DNA from: an uncultured Chloroflexia bacterium
GTDB lineage: Bacteria > Chloroflexota > UBA6077 > JACCZL01
DNA: 64,000 nt
Assembly (NCBI GenBank): GCA_963765765.1
Contig: CAVXYC010000030.1
Location: 254,916 to 318,915 of the forward strand
Direction of reading: 5' to 3'
Part shown: positions 10,536 to 21,692 of the stretch, one piece after another
How positions within the stretch are numbered: position 1 is the stretch's first letter
How the letters are laid out: every line of letters starts with the position of its first letter
Notes under the pieces: model-generated
Databases searched by the model: none
Seen by the model: only the letters and a program-made list of their open reading frames with translations
Told to the model about the DNA's origin: nothing
Program-made: the position numbers and the translations under genes

Positions 10536-12282
10536 ATGACAATCGATCCCAGGTGGCCAACTCACGGTGTATCGTCCGAGCGTAGGAACCACTACTCATG
10601 CTTGCAGCGATTGCGACTCGCCACCGGGCTTGTGCTCTTCACTTACGTGACGAGCCATCTGCTGAATCATTCCCTTGGGCTCATTTCCATCCAGGCGGCG
10701 GAAGCGGGACGGGTGTGGTTCACGGCGGTGTGGCGTCATCCGCTGGGAACGTCACTTCTGTACGGCAGTCTGCTACTCCACATCGCGCTGGCGCTGGTCG
10801 CGATTTACAGGCGGCGTCATTTTCGTGTCCCACGCTGGGAGATTCTCCGATTGGCCCTTGGCCTGGCGATACCGTGGTTTCTCCTTCAACATGCGTTTGC
10901 CACGCGGGCGATCCATGAAGTCTCCGGGATCGATGACAACTACACCCGCCAGGTTGTTTTCTTCTGGATTCTGCAACCACTTCGAGGGGTTCAGCAGATC
11001 GTGCTACTGTCGATCGCCTGGACGCATGGCTGCCTCGGTTTGTACTTCTGGCTTCGGGTAAAGCCCTGGCGGCCGGTCACACTGCGGGTTCTACGAGTCC
11101 TGGCGCTTCTCATCCCGGTGCTTGCAATCGGTGGATTCGTGGATATGGGACAAGAGGTCAGTCAGCTCGCGAGCGACCCCGTCTGGCTGGAGCGTGCTTT
11201 CCCCTCTCCGACGCAGGAAGAAAGCCAGCTTGTCGCTTTCTGGCGAGATCTGGTGACCGGGCTTTTCGCGTTGAGCGTCGCTGCAACGTTTATCGCAAGG
11301 GAGATCCGACGCCAACGCGAGCAGCGTCGGAACGCCATTGTGATCACCTATCCGAACGGGCAGAGCGTCCGCATCGCCGCCGGTATGACACTTCTGGAGG
11401 CCAGCCGCTCAGCCCGTATCCCCCACGCCTCGTCTGTGTGGCGGACGGGGCCGCTGCTCCACCTGCCGATCGCGCATCGTTGGGCCACCCAACGCGGTGC
11501 CACCACCATCCGCGGACGAAGCGCGTGTGCTCCGGCGTATCGGCGCGCCGCCTGATGTGCGGCTTGCTTGCCAGGCGCGGCCGGTGGCTAATATTCGCGC
11601 ATTCCCACTCCTTCCGCCTACGGGAAGTCTGCCGGGCAACATTCTCCAGCCATCGGAATCCGAAGGAGTGGAGCGTGTCGTCGCGATATTATTCGCTGAC
11701 CTGCGTGGCTTTAGTGGCTTGGCTGAGAAGCGACTGCCATTTGACGTGGTGTTTCTGCTCAACCAGTACTTCGCGGCCATGGGCAGCGCCATCGACTCTG
11801 CGGGAGGCCACCTCGACAAGTTCATTGGGGACGGCCTTATGGCGCTGTTTGGGCTGCACGAATCGGCTGAGCAGGGGTGTCGCCATGCTCTGGAGGCGGC
11901 TGCGCTGATGTCCAGGGCGCTCGACCACCTCAATGAGTCAATCGCGGACGATTTACGTGAGCCGTTGCGCATGGGCATCGGGATCCACGTTGGACCGGTC
12001 ATTGTGGGCGAGCTCGGTTACGGACGTGCGAGATCGATGACTGCCGTTGGCGATGCGGTGAACATCGCCAGCCGTCTGGAGACCCTCACCAAGGAGTTTG
12101 GCGTCCAGGCTGTACTCTCATCGGATGTTGCTGAGCGAGCGGGTGTGGGGCTGCCTGCGCGCGCGCATCACGATGTGCCGATCATCGGTCGCACGGAGCC
12201 GTTGACCGTGTTTGCAATACCCAACGCGGCGGCGCTTGCCGCCGAGGTCCGCGCGGCTCAAGAGCGGCTCCAACACGTATAG
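10536..12282 (+). CDS. Membrane class III adenylate/guanylate cyclase with His-rich TM domain and [2Fe-2S] ferredoxin domain (CyaC-like); frameshift near 11432
   Basis: TM region with HLLNH / LLH / QH / HGC. Restoring the frame gives CGGRGRCSTCR...RLACQ. Cyclase motifs LFADLRGF, DKFIGDGLMA, GIGIHVG, GDAVNIASRLE. Confidence 0.9.
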
Positions 12283-12343
12283 GGCGCAATAGGGCAGAAT
12301 TTACGCAGCCCGTTGGACGTGCTTTCGCGGGCGCATATTACCC

Positions 12344-13363
12344 ATGGCTACACATTGTGTGCTCGGCGTTACAGGCGCCATTGGATTCTGGTGTGCGCGG
12401 CTCCTGCTGGATCGCGGTGAGCGTGTCATCGCGCTCGCGCGCGATCCTGATCGCGCTCGGGAGCGATTCTTACCGAGCGATGCTGAGCGACTGGAGATCA
12501 TCTCGGGCGATGCGCTCGACGTCGACGCCTTGAGACGCGCCGCGAACGGCTCTTCCACGCTGATCCACGCGGTGAATGTGCCATTGGGAGCGTGGGAAGA
12601 TCCGACGCGCGGGCGGGCGGCGCTGATGCAGGCGTCCATCGATGCAGCTGTCGATACCGGTGCGCGGGTTCTCTTTCCAGCCAACGTGTGGGTCTACGGA
12701 CACACCTATGTACCGCTGCTCTTCGAAGGACATCCGTTCGCGGCGGATACGGCCAAGGGGCGCACCGCGGTCAAGCTAGAATCAATGCTTGCTCAGGCGC
12801 ATCGAGAGCGCGGGCTTCACTACAGCATCGTGAGATTGCCCGACGTTTACGGGCCGTTTGTCGCCAGTGCGCTGTACCGCTCGGTCTTTGAGCATGCAAT
12901 GAGCGGCTCCACCCTTACCTGGTATGGATCGCTCGACACTCCACTCGAAGTCGTCTACGTAGCCGACGCGGCGGGTGCATTGCTTCAGGTCGGTATGGAC
13001 CCTGAGACCGATGGTCGGGCGTTCAATCTCCCGGGACCAGAAGAGACCACCGCGCGCAAATGGCTCACACTGCTCGCTGATACCGCCGGGACGCGTGCCC
13101 ATCCAAGAGCGATTCCCTCCCCCATCATTGCGATCGCAGGTTGGTTCAATCACGAAGCGCACGAGATGCATGAGCTGCTCTATCTCAAGACGCGTCGACT
13201 GATCCTGGAGGGCCGCCGCTACACGGACCGCTACGGCAGCTACCCGGCCACGCCGTACGACGAAGGGATTCGTAAGACGCTCGAGTGGTATCGGGCAGGA
13301 TGCCCGGCGATGGGCTCGGCTTCTGAACTGGCCGACGCCCCTCGCCGCTCTAGCGAGCCCTGA
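12344..13363 (+). CDS. NAD-dependent epimerase/dehydratase (atypical SDR)
   Basis: GVTGAIG Rossmann motif, NVWVYG, RLPDVYGP, TPYDEGI. Confidence 0.88.
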   Translation: MATHCVLGVTGAIGFWCARLLLDRGERVIALARDPDRARERFLPSDAERLEIISGDALDVDALRRAANGSSTLIHAVNVPLGAWEDPTRGRAALMQASIDAAVDTGARVLFPANVWVYGHTYVPLLFEGHPFAADTAKGRTAVKLESMLAQAHRERGLHYSIVRLPDVYGPFVASALYRSVFEHAMSGSTLTWYGSLDTPLEVVYVADAAGALLQVGMDPETDGRAFNLPGPEETTARKWLTLLADTAGTRAHPRAIPSPIIAIAGWFNHEAHEMHELLYLKTRRLILEGRRYTDRYGSYPATPYDEGIRKTLEWYRAGCPAMGSASELADAPRRSSEP

Positions 13364-13402
13364 TCGGGCAATAATCAGCCTCCAGCCGAAAAGGCACGGG
13401 GA

Positions 13403-13703
13403 TTGGCGATTCAGGAGGACGGAAGGCTTGTGCCTGCCGGCTATAGCAGCGAGGATAACGGCGCCACAAGGTTGCGCGGTCGCCCGCTACCAAACGGACG
13501 GGAGTCTGGATCCGAGCTTCTCCGACGACGGGAAGAAACTGACAGAGTTCCGTGGCGACGATGGCGGTGCATATACGGTCGTCATTCAAGAGAATGGCAA
13601 GGCCGTGGCCGCCGGCTATATCTATGCCGATAAGGATAGAGATTTCGCTCTAGCCCGCTACAAGCCCGACTCGGGGGTCTGGCGCAATCTCTGTCAGGCA
13701 TGA
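13403..13703 (+). pseudogene. Remnant of a delta-60 repeat (beta-propeller) surface protein
   Basis: AIQEDGRLV.AGY, VARYQTDGSLDPSFSDDGK, VVIQENGKAVAAGY...DFALARY across two frames; only about 2 repeats, no signal peptide or RBS. Confidence 0.65.
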
Positions 13704-13718
13704 GCGGTGCGAGATCAC

Positions 13719-14831
13719 TCATGCCTGGAAGGGCAGGTCATAGAGCTCGATAACGTTTTTCACGGTCATCTCGTGGCGCTCTTCGGGCGTGCATTCCGCG
13801 AGAATGCGGTTCAGCACTTCCTGGGAGTGCGGAAACACGGAATCACCATGAGGGTAGTCACTGCCCCAGAGCAGGGTGCTGGTACCGGAGTAGTCGCGAG
13901 TCTTGATGCCGATCTCGTCGTCTTCAAATGTGACGCGGAAGTTTTGCTTCCAGTAGTCGCTCGGTTTTCTCGGCATTGCGCCCGGGGCGCGGATCCCGCC
14001 CTGACGATGGTAGGACCAGTCCAGCCGCTTGAGTGTGATGCCCAGCCAGCCGGTCTCGAACTCGGTGATCACGAAACGCAGGTCCGGATAGCGCTCGCAC
14101 ACGCCGGATTGGATCAGGTCGGCGATGCTAAAGATCACGCCGGCAAAGGCCAGGGCGCTGCCGGCCTGACGATGAGGAAGCCCGTGGTTCGCCGTGGCCC
14201 CGGTGAAGATGTGCATGGTGAGCGGCATCTTCATTGCCTGGGCGGCGTCCCAGAACCGGTCGTACCACGGGTCGCTGTACGGGTGTTCCGGAGGCGCGGT
14301 GGCTGGGATGCACACTCCCACGTGTCCCAGCTTCTTCGCTCGCTCCATCTCTGCGATGGCGGTGTCAAGATCGCGAAGCTGAATGGCCGCAAGCCCGAAG
14401 AGCCGATCCGGCGCGTCGGAGCAATACTCCGAGACCCAGTCGTTGTAGCACTGGAACGCGGTATTTACGATCTCAAGGTCATCGATCTGGTAGACGTTGA
14501 AGAGCACGCTGGGGTACATGACTTCGGCGTCGATGGCGTCACGCTCCTGGTCTTCCAGCCGCGCCTTGATGTCGTACACGCCGGGGCGAGCCAGCTTGTA
14601 GCCCTGCTTGAGCATCTCACGGGAATCTTCACGGCTGAAGTCGAAATCGGCTTGCAAGAAGCCCGCGATTGAGAGCCCGAGTCGCCCGTCGCCGAGGTTC
14701 AGCACTGGGCCGCGGTCTTCTGACTCGACCACGCGAGGAGCGCGATCGCCGAAGCGCTTTTGTAGTGGGCTGAACAGCTCGGGCGGCTCCACCACGTGAG
14801 AGTCCGCGGAAATACACGTCGCCTTTTTCAT
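13719..14831 (-). CDS. Amidohydrolase_2 family protein
   Basis: ISADSHVVEP, YNDW, LTMHIF, TEFETGW, WGSDYPH. Confidence 0.92.
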   Translation of the reverse strand: MKKATCISADSHVVEPPELFSPLQKRFGDRAPRVVESEDRGPVLNLGDGRLGLSIAGFLQADFDFSREDSREMLKQGYKLARPGVYDIKARLEDQERDAIDAEVMYPSVLFNVYQIDDLEIVNTAFQCYNDWVSEYCSDAPDRLFGLAAIQLRDLDTAIAEMERAKKLGHVGVCIPATAPPEHPYSDPWYDRFWDAAQAMKMPLTMHIFTGATANHGLPHRQAGSALAFAGVIFSIADLIQSGVCERYPDLRFVITEFETGWLGITLKRLDWSYHRQGGIRAPGAMPRKPSDYWKQNFRVTFEDDEIGIKTRDYSGTSTLLWGSDYPHGDSVFPHSQEVLNRILAECTPEERHEMTVKNVIELYDLPFQA

Positions 14832-14873
14832 CGCGTCACCATACTCCTCATCGAGTTGAATCTGTGAATGCGG

Positions 14874-15913
14874 TCAACGAATACCTACAGGAGCCGGCAG
14901 GCCATAGAACCGCAGGGCGTTCTCACTCAGGATTTTTTGCTTGAGTGACGCTGTGAGGTCGTCACGCTCCATCAGCTCCGAGACGGTGTGCGGCCACTCT
15001 GAATCCCAGTGCGGATAGTCCGATGCGTACAGGAGCTGATCCTCACCCACCCAGGAGGCTACAAAGGGGATGGTCTTCTCCTCAGGCTCGCACGCGAAGT
15101 ACGCCCGGCCGCAGGTCATGTACTCGCTGGGCTTGGACTTGCAGCGCGGCGCGTCGAACGGGCGCTTCTCAAACTCCCCATCCATGTGCTCCATCCAGAA
15201 CGGCACCCAGCCGGCGCCGCTCTCCATGAATCCAACACGCAGGCGTAGGGAACTACCTCGAATAGCCCGCCCAGTACCGCGGTTGTCACGGAGATCATCT
15301 GCTCCGGCACGTGCGTCCAGATGTGCACACCCAGGAAGTTATTGAACCGACCCACGTCACTGGTTTCAGAGCCTGTGGCGTGGAACGCCACGGGAACGCC
15401 CAGCTTCTCCGCCTCGCCGTAAAGCGGGAAGAGTGCCTCGTCGGCGATGGTACGCCCGGGGATCCAGCTCGGGATCATCAGCCCCACCAGTCCGAGCTCG
15501 GAAACCGCGCGATCGAGCTCGCGGCAAGCCGCGGTGACGTCCTGCGTGGGCACCAGCGCCACTCCCTTGAGCCGATCCGGCGCTTGACTGCACCAATTGG
15601 AGACGAAGGCGTTGTAAGCGCGGCACATGTCGGCTTGCCGCTCGGCATCACGGATCTGCGCTATTCCGAGCCCCAGAGTGGGATAGATGATGGCCAGATC
15701 GATGCCCTCCTGGTCATAGTCGGACAGCATCTCCGCGGGGGTCTTCGGATCGGCGCCCATGTCCCCACCTGGATATTGGCGGCGATCCCAGCCCTGATTG
15801 GGGAAGGTGATCCGTCGGCCGTGCGGGGTGGGCGGCAAGTTCGGCTCGTAGCATCGATCCCAGAAATCCATGACGTGACCATCCGCGTCCACCACAAATA
15901 TTCCGTCGCGCAT
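14874..15913 (-). CDS. Amidohydrolase_2 family protein (frameshift near 15255)
   Basis: DADGHV, CRAYN, VAFHA in 15116..15913; ESGAGWVP, YASDYPHWD, ENALRFY in 14874..15227. Confidence 0.9.
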
Positions 15914-15937
15914 CGGTTCCCTCCCGTCGTTGCTTGC

Positions 15938-17666
15938 CTACACGGCCCGATTCGCGGAATCGCGGCCCATCATCATCCGAGCGACCGCGTAGCCGACGAT
16001 GACTACGCCCGTCTGGATGAGAGCTAGCACAATGGCCAGTCCTTGATTCCCGCCCACCGCCCAGCCAAAGATCTCCACCGAGAGGGTGCGTGTTCCAGGA
16101 CCAGCCAGGAGCAGGATGGTGTCCAGCACGCGGACCGCGATGACGAACTGGAGAATCCAATTGCCGATGACCGCCGGCCGCAGCAACGGCGCCCATATAC
16201 GAACGAGCGTGCGAGTCCACGAGGCTCCGTGAATGCGGGCCGACTCCTCGAGCTCCGCGCCAATCTGCATCATGGTCGGGGCGAAAAAGCTCCGTCCCAA
16301 TGGCAGGCCTCGGGCGACAAAGGCAAGGACCAGGATGCCCAGCGTTCCGTAGATTGGAAAGTACACGAACGCCCACAGGAACCCCAGGGCAAAGACCATC
16401 CCGGGTACCGCCCACGGCGTCCAGGCCAGGAGATCGAGCACTTTGCGCCCACCCCAGCGCGTACGGGTGACGATGTAGCAGACCATCGCGCTCAGGGCCA
16501 CACCGATCGTTGCCGCCAGGAGCCCCATCGTGACGGTGTTCTGGATGGCAGTGATCACCGCGCTCCGTCGGAGCGCCTCCGTCCAGTGGTCGGTGGTGAA
16601 TACGTCTAGCCGGACCATGCTCGGGCACCGGGGAGAACGACTGCACCACGAGCACGGCAAAGGGGAAAATGCCGAAGACCAGGAAGAAGCCAAAGATAAG
16701 GCCGAAGGTGACCCAGCGCCATGGCCCGATGTCCAGAGGTCGGGCTTGAAACGCTCGGCCAGAGACCGTGGTGTACAGCTTGCCGCTCAGCAGCTTCCAC
16801 TGCACCACAATCAGGCCAAACGTCAGCACCATTAGCAGCAGCGAGAGTGCTGAGGCGGGTCCGTACAGGTTTTTCCCGCCGTAGAGGTTGTCGTAAATTT
16901 TTGTCGTAAATACGAGAATTCCCGGCCGGGTCCCCAGGAGCTGCTCCATCTCGAACGACTCCATGGCTCGTACGAACGAGATGATCCACGCGCCGAGAAG
17001 GGCCGGCATGAGCAGCGGAATGTCCACGCGCAGAATGGTGCGCCAACCGCTCGCGCCGCACATCCGCGCCGAGTCCTCGAGTGACGCGTCCATCTTCATG
17101 AAGGCGGGATAAACAAACAGGAATAGCACCGGCGCGGAGCGGACAGCTCCCAATATGATGAGCCCCCACACGGAATAGACGTTGATAAGGTCGCCGCCCA
17201 GTATCGGACCGGCCCATTGATTGATCAGGCCACCGCGGGGAGCTCCCAGTAGCATCCAGGCCAGAACCCACGGGAGATCCGGAAGGAAGAACATGAACGC
17301 GAGTGTGGCTTCCAGGAAGCCTCGTCCCGGTGTGTTGGTGCGGGCGATGATCCACGCGAACGTCGTAGCGATCGCCAGACCGAGCAACGCTCGGGGCGCG
17401 GCGATCGTTATCGTATTTAGAAACACCCGGAAGGTGCTCGGGTCACTGATGACCGTCATCAGATTGTTGAGAGTTAGCGAGCCGGCGCTCCCCGGCGGGC
17501 CGTCTTTCAAGGCCCCATAGATGATCATCGCCATGGGGTAAGCGACCAGGATCGTCAGGACGACGAGCAAGATCGCCGGAAGGACATTTGCCGGACTGGC
17601 CAGGTGCGCCAAGCCGGTCGGAATGGTGTGCCGGCGGATAGGGCGCGCGGAGACTTCAGCGGCCAT
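15938..17666 (-). CDS. FbpB/iron(III)-type ABC transporter permease, two TMD halves (frameshift near 16630)
   Basis: EAA-like loops LEDSARMCGA and LEESARIHGA; about 12 TM segments across two ORFs. Confidence 0.9.
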
Positions 17667-17747
17667 GGTACGAGACGTTGCCCCCCGCCGCTGCTGGCAC
17701 AGGCAGGTATTGAATCCGTGGGGCAATCCTGTCTAGTTGCGTGCACG

Positions 17748-17860
17748 AGAGGACCCCACCCCGGCCCTCCCCGCTGCGGCAGGGAGGGAGCCGGATTCTC
17801 CATTTCCTCTGAACACGCTCCCTCCCTGCCGCAGCGGGGGAGGGCCGGGTGGGGTCCTCT
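17748..17860. repeat. Long inverted repeat, REP/REPIN-like family A (44-bp arms)
   Basis: agaggaccccaccccggccctccccgctgcggcagggagggagc (17748-17791) and its reverse complement (17817-17860), differing only in C-run lengths. Confidence 0.9.
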
Positions 17861-17979
17861 GGCGACCGCCTCTGGTTCGGAACGGGAGGTACCTACCTCC
17901 CTGAGCTCTCTCCCTGGGCGAGCCAGCGGGTCGAGCGGAAGCCCACCCGAGACGGACGAGCCTCATCGCAACACAGCCA

Positions 17980-19189
17980 TCATTTCAGCCCGAATTCGGG
18001 AAGCAGCGCGGCGGTCTTCTCGCCGTAGACGAAGTACTTCCGATTACCCACCTGGAAGTCGTAGCTATTTGGGTTCTCGTGGAAGAACTTGATGTCCGGG
18101 CTGATCTGCGGAGCCAGGTCGGGGATCGCCGGCTGAACGTCTCGGCGGATGAAGGAGCCGCCGGGATACCCCGCCAGGATCTGTTGCGCTTCCTGGGTGA
18201 GGGTGTAGTTCATGTAGACCCTGGCCGCGTTCGGGTGGGGCGCACCTTTCGGGATGCACCACGAGCCCGTGGAGCTCATGTACCCGTCCGACGGCTTCAC
18301 GAGAGAGACGGGGCGTGGCTCCGGCAATTTAAAGAGGTCCACAAGAGCCGTTGCGTTGGCCATGATGTAGATGCCGTACACACCCTGCATCGTCTGGTTC
18401 ATGGCCTCCGGGCCGTTGCGTGAAAGCGCTTTCACGTTGGCCAGCGTGTCGCGGACATATTGCTCGCCGTAGATATCCCATGAGCTGGAGGCCCACAGCG
18501 TCCCGAAGGAGACCGGGCCGGGCTCGTCCAGGACGATCATCCCCTTATAGCGGGGGTCGGTCAGGTCCCTGTAGCTCTTGGGCTGCTGATCGGGTGGGAT
18601 CAGCCTGTTGTTCACGGGGATGAACCAGATACCGTTGGTGCGCGTCAGGGTGTCACCTCGGCCCTGCTTCGAGTCGCCAATGGGATCGAAGATCCATGGC
18701 ACGCCAGGGCTCTTCGGCCGCCGGCAGGCGACCATGGGTTCCGAGAAAGCCTTGCTGGGCTAGATCCCGACACTCTGCGCTCGAGGAGCTGCGGATATCC
18801 ACGCCGATCTTGTTCGCCGCGGCCTCGGCCTGATAGCGGGCAAAAAAGTCGCCGCTCCGCTGCACGGTCTCTTCAACCTTGATCCCGTAGTTCTGCTCGA
18901 ATTGCTTGTTGAGCAGCTCCTCGCCGCCGATGGACGGGCTGAAGGCACTCTTGACCACGGTGCCTTCCTTCTTCGCCTCGGCAACGATGGCGTCCCAGGC
19001 CGCGTCGCCGGAAACGGGCTGCCCGGCAGACGGCTCGGCGGGCTTCGCGGCCTGTGCAGGCGCGGACGTGGATTTAGCGGTTTCAGTCTTCGCTGTGGGT
19101 GCAGTAGATTGCGCGGGTGTGCAGGCGGCCAGCGCCAGCGACACGCTCATGCACGCGAGAACCATGCGTGGTGATCCAGGACCGGTCAT
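17980..19189 (-). CDS. ABC transporter lipoprotein substrate-binding protein, Fbp/PotD-like fold (frameshift near 18740)
   Basis: Lipobox LALAAC, PA-rich linker, WDAIVAEAKKEGTV, PKSYRDLTDPRYKG, KGAPHPNAARVY. Confidence 0.88.
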
Positions 19190-19403
19190 TCGATACCTCC
19201 CACCGAGGCCCCGCGACCTTTAGCAGGCGCGAGCACTCCAACGCGAGCGCGATCAGAACCGGCGTGAAGAGGAGCGGCAGCACATCGGCCGCATTCCAGG
19301 AGGCACCCCATCCTGACCTATTCAGACCACGCGGGCGACCAGTTTCTCCCAGCCACCTTACGTTTCGATTTCCTGGGCAAGCAATGGTCATTCTGCTATT
19401 AGT

Positions 19404-19423
19404 TGAGTAATCCTGGGTTATCA
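19404..19423. promoter_or_regulatory. Putative LysR-type operator (T-N11-A dyad)
   Basis: TGAGTAATCCTGGGTTATCA contains TAA-N7-TTA and lies between the divergent SBP and lysR genes. Confidence 0.45.
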
Positions 19424-19450
19424 AATCGCGGTTCGAGGGCCGAGTCGAGC

Positions 19451-20422
19451 ATGCATGCCAGCTCCGCGTCCATCACGTATCAGCAGCTCCGCGTCTTTGC
19501 CGCGGTTGCCGAGCTGCGCAGCTTCCATCGTGCCGCCAGCGCGTTGCTGCTGACCGAGCCGGCCGTATCCAACCACGTTCGGCATCTCGAGCAGGTGGTG
19601 GGCGCGCAGCTGATCGTCCGATCTCGCGGGCGCCGCTCGGTGGAGCTCACGGGTGCCGGGACGATGCTGCTCAAGACGTGCGGATCACTCTTTACAACCC
19701 TCGACTCCGCGCTCGTGGCGATTCGAGAGCGTCACGGTCCCAACCCATCGACCATTGCCATCGGTACGGGTCCCAACTTCGGAAGCAGCTCGCTTCCACC
19801 GCTGATTGACTCCTTCCGCGAGGATCACCCGGGAGTAGACTTCATGATCGAGGTCGGTGCTAGCCAGCATCTGGTGAAGCTGCTGGAGCGCGGTCAGATT
19901 CACCTGGCAGTCGTGGCCTCGCCTGAGGCACGTTTGAGCCTTGCGTGTGAGCCGTATTTCGCGTACGAAGTACACCTCGTTGGACCGGCCGGACATCGCC
20001 TTGCTCAGGGCGGTCCACACCCTCTCAATGAGCTGGCTCAGGAGAGCTACATCGAGCCGGACGAGCCAATGGCGCGGCGCTTCGGGATTGAGGAGATGGC
20101 CGCCGCGGCTGGGGTTCGGATGCACGTGGTGATGTCCGGAGGCGACGTTCATGTGCGCGTCCAGGCAGTGGCAAATGGGCTCGGGATCACCCCCGTAGAC
20201 CTGGCAACCGCTGTGCCCAGCGGTCCACTGAGCGAAGCGATGCGCTCGCGTATCGCTGTCCTGAAGGTCGAGGGCTTTCCGCTACGCCTAGAACGTTGGC
20301 TGTACTATCGCCGCGGGGAATTGCCTGGCGTAGTGGCCGAGTTCCGTGATCACCTGCTGCGTCATCGAGAGTCGCTGGAATTGGCGCTCGCGACGGTGCC
20401 GCAGCCAGCGGCTACAGCTTGA
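19451..20422 (+). CDS. LysR-family transcriptional regulator
   Basis: QLRVFAAVAELRSFHRAASALLLTEPAVSNHVRHLE HTH, LTGAG, substrate-binding domain. Confidence 0.93.
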   Translation: MHASSASITYQQLRVFAAVAELRSFHRAASALLLTEPAVSNHVRHLEQVVGAQLIVRSRGRRSVELTGAGTMLLKTCGSLFTTLDSALVAIRERHGPNPSTIAIGTGPNFGSSSLPPLIDSFREDHPGVDFMIEVGASQHLVKLLERGQIHLAVVASPEARLSLACEPYFAYEVHLVGPAGHRLAQGGPHPLNELAQESYIEPDEPMARRFGIEEMAAAAGVRMHVVMSGGDVHVRVQAVANGLGITPVDLATAVPSGPLSEAMRSRIAVLKVEGFPLRLERWLYYRRGELPGVVAEFRDHLLRHRESLELALATVPQPAATA

Positions 20423-20545
20423 CCGTGCCGAGCGCGAAATGCCCAGCGCAGGAACGTCCGTCTCGGTAATGGATTCCTTGACCGCTTGCCACGCGGGCGG
20501 ACTACACTGGACTGCTGCACCGAAATCTCGCATCGAGGGAATCGA

Positions 20546-21652
20546 GTGAAAGCCGTCAAGGTTACCAATCTCACGAAACGGTTCGGCAGCGTCACGGCCG
20601 TCAACAGCGTCAGCTTCGAGATCGAAGCCGGTGAGTTCGTGACACTGCTCGGCCCCAGCGGCTGCGGCAAGACCACGACACTGCGCATGGTCGCAGGGCT
20701 AGAGCGCCCGGACGCGGGAACCATCCAGGTAGGCGAGCGCGTGTTGACCGACGTGGAACACGGCATCGCAACCGCGCCGGAGAAGCGCGGCATGGGCATG
20801 GTGTTCCAGAGCTATGCCATCTGGCCTCATATGACCGTGTTTCAGAACGTCGCGTTTCCGCTGGAGGAGAAGAAGCTTTCCAGCTCGGAGATCCGCGAGC
20901 GAGTGATGGCCATTCTGGAGACAGTTGGCCTCGGCGGTTTCCACAGTCGACCCGCGCCCCTGCTGTCTGGCGGGCAGCAACAGCGCGTGGCGCTCGCCCG
21001 CGCACTCGTCTCGAATCCGGACGTATTGCTGCTGGACGAGCCACTCTCAAACCTGGACGCGCGGCTGCGTGAGGAGATGCGCTTTGAGCTGCGCGAGACG
21101 CAAGCGCGGCTCGGGATTACCAGCCTGTTCGTAACACACGACCAGGTCGAGGCCATGACGCTTTCGGACCACATGATTGTGATGAACCACGGCGACATCG
21201 AGCGCCAGGGCCGACCGCGCGAGGTCTACGATGAGCCGCGCACGCAGTTCGTGATGGATTTCCTGGGACAGGTGAATCACGTGCCGGCGCGCGTGCAGAG
21301 CAATAAAACCGACGCCTCGTACGCCATTGTGAGCGGCACTGAGTCCGCGTTGCGGGTGCCAATCAACGGGACACACTGCGAGGATGGCGAGGACGTGACT
21401 CTGGCGTTCCGCGCGGAGGATGCTCGAGTCGTGGACTCCGACGTGCTCGGTGCCTGGCAGGGCACCGTGCGGTCCATCATCTACATGGGCTCTCACAATG
21501 AGTACACGGTGGACCTCGGAGGCGCGCTCATACGCGTCCTGGGCGACGTGGATGATCACGTCGCGAGCGGTTCACCGATTTACATTCGCGTAGACTCCTC
21601 TCGCCTACGCGTATTCCCACGCGGCCAGAGCCTGGTCGGATCCGCGTCCTGA
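20546..21652 (+). CDS. FbpC/PotA-type ABC transporter ATP-binding protein
   Basis: GPSGCGKTT, VFQSYAIWPH, LSGGQQQR, LLDEPLSNLD, C-terminal TOBE; GTG start after GAGGG. Confidence 0.95.
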   Translation: MKAVKVTNLTKRFGSVTAVNSVSFEIEAGEFVTLLGPSGCGKTTTLRMVAGLERPDAGTIQVGERVLTDVEHGIATAPEKRGMGMVFQSYAIWPHMTVFQNVAFPLEEKKLSSSEIRERVMAILETVGLGGFHSRPAPLLSGGQQQRVALARALVSNPDVLLLDEPLSNLDARLREEMRFELRETQARLGITSLFVTHDQVEAMTLSDHMIVMNHGDIERQGRPREVYDEPRTQFVMDFLGQVNHVPARVQSNKTDASYAIVSGTESALRVPINGTHCEDGEDVTLAFRAEDARVVDSDVLGAWQGTVRSIIYMGSHNEYTVDLGGALIRVLGDVDDHVASGSPIYIRVDSSRLRVFPRGQSLVGSAS

Positions 21653-21692
21653 CCAGCCCCGATCGATTTCCAGTACGGGGGTATCCGTCTCT

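Noticed and set aside
13707-14672. Long antisense ORFs (also 1499..2269, 28580..29563, 15311..16027)
   Set aside because: Shadow ORFs of GC-rich genes with no recognisable motifs.
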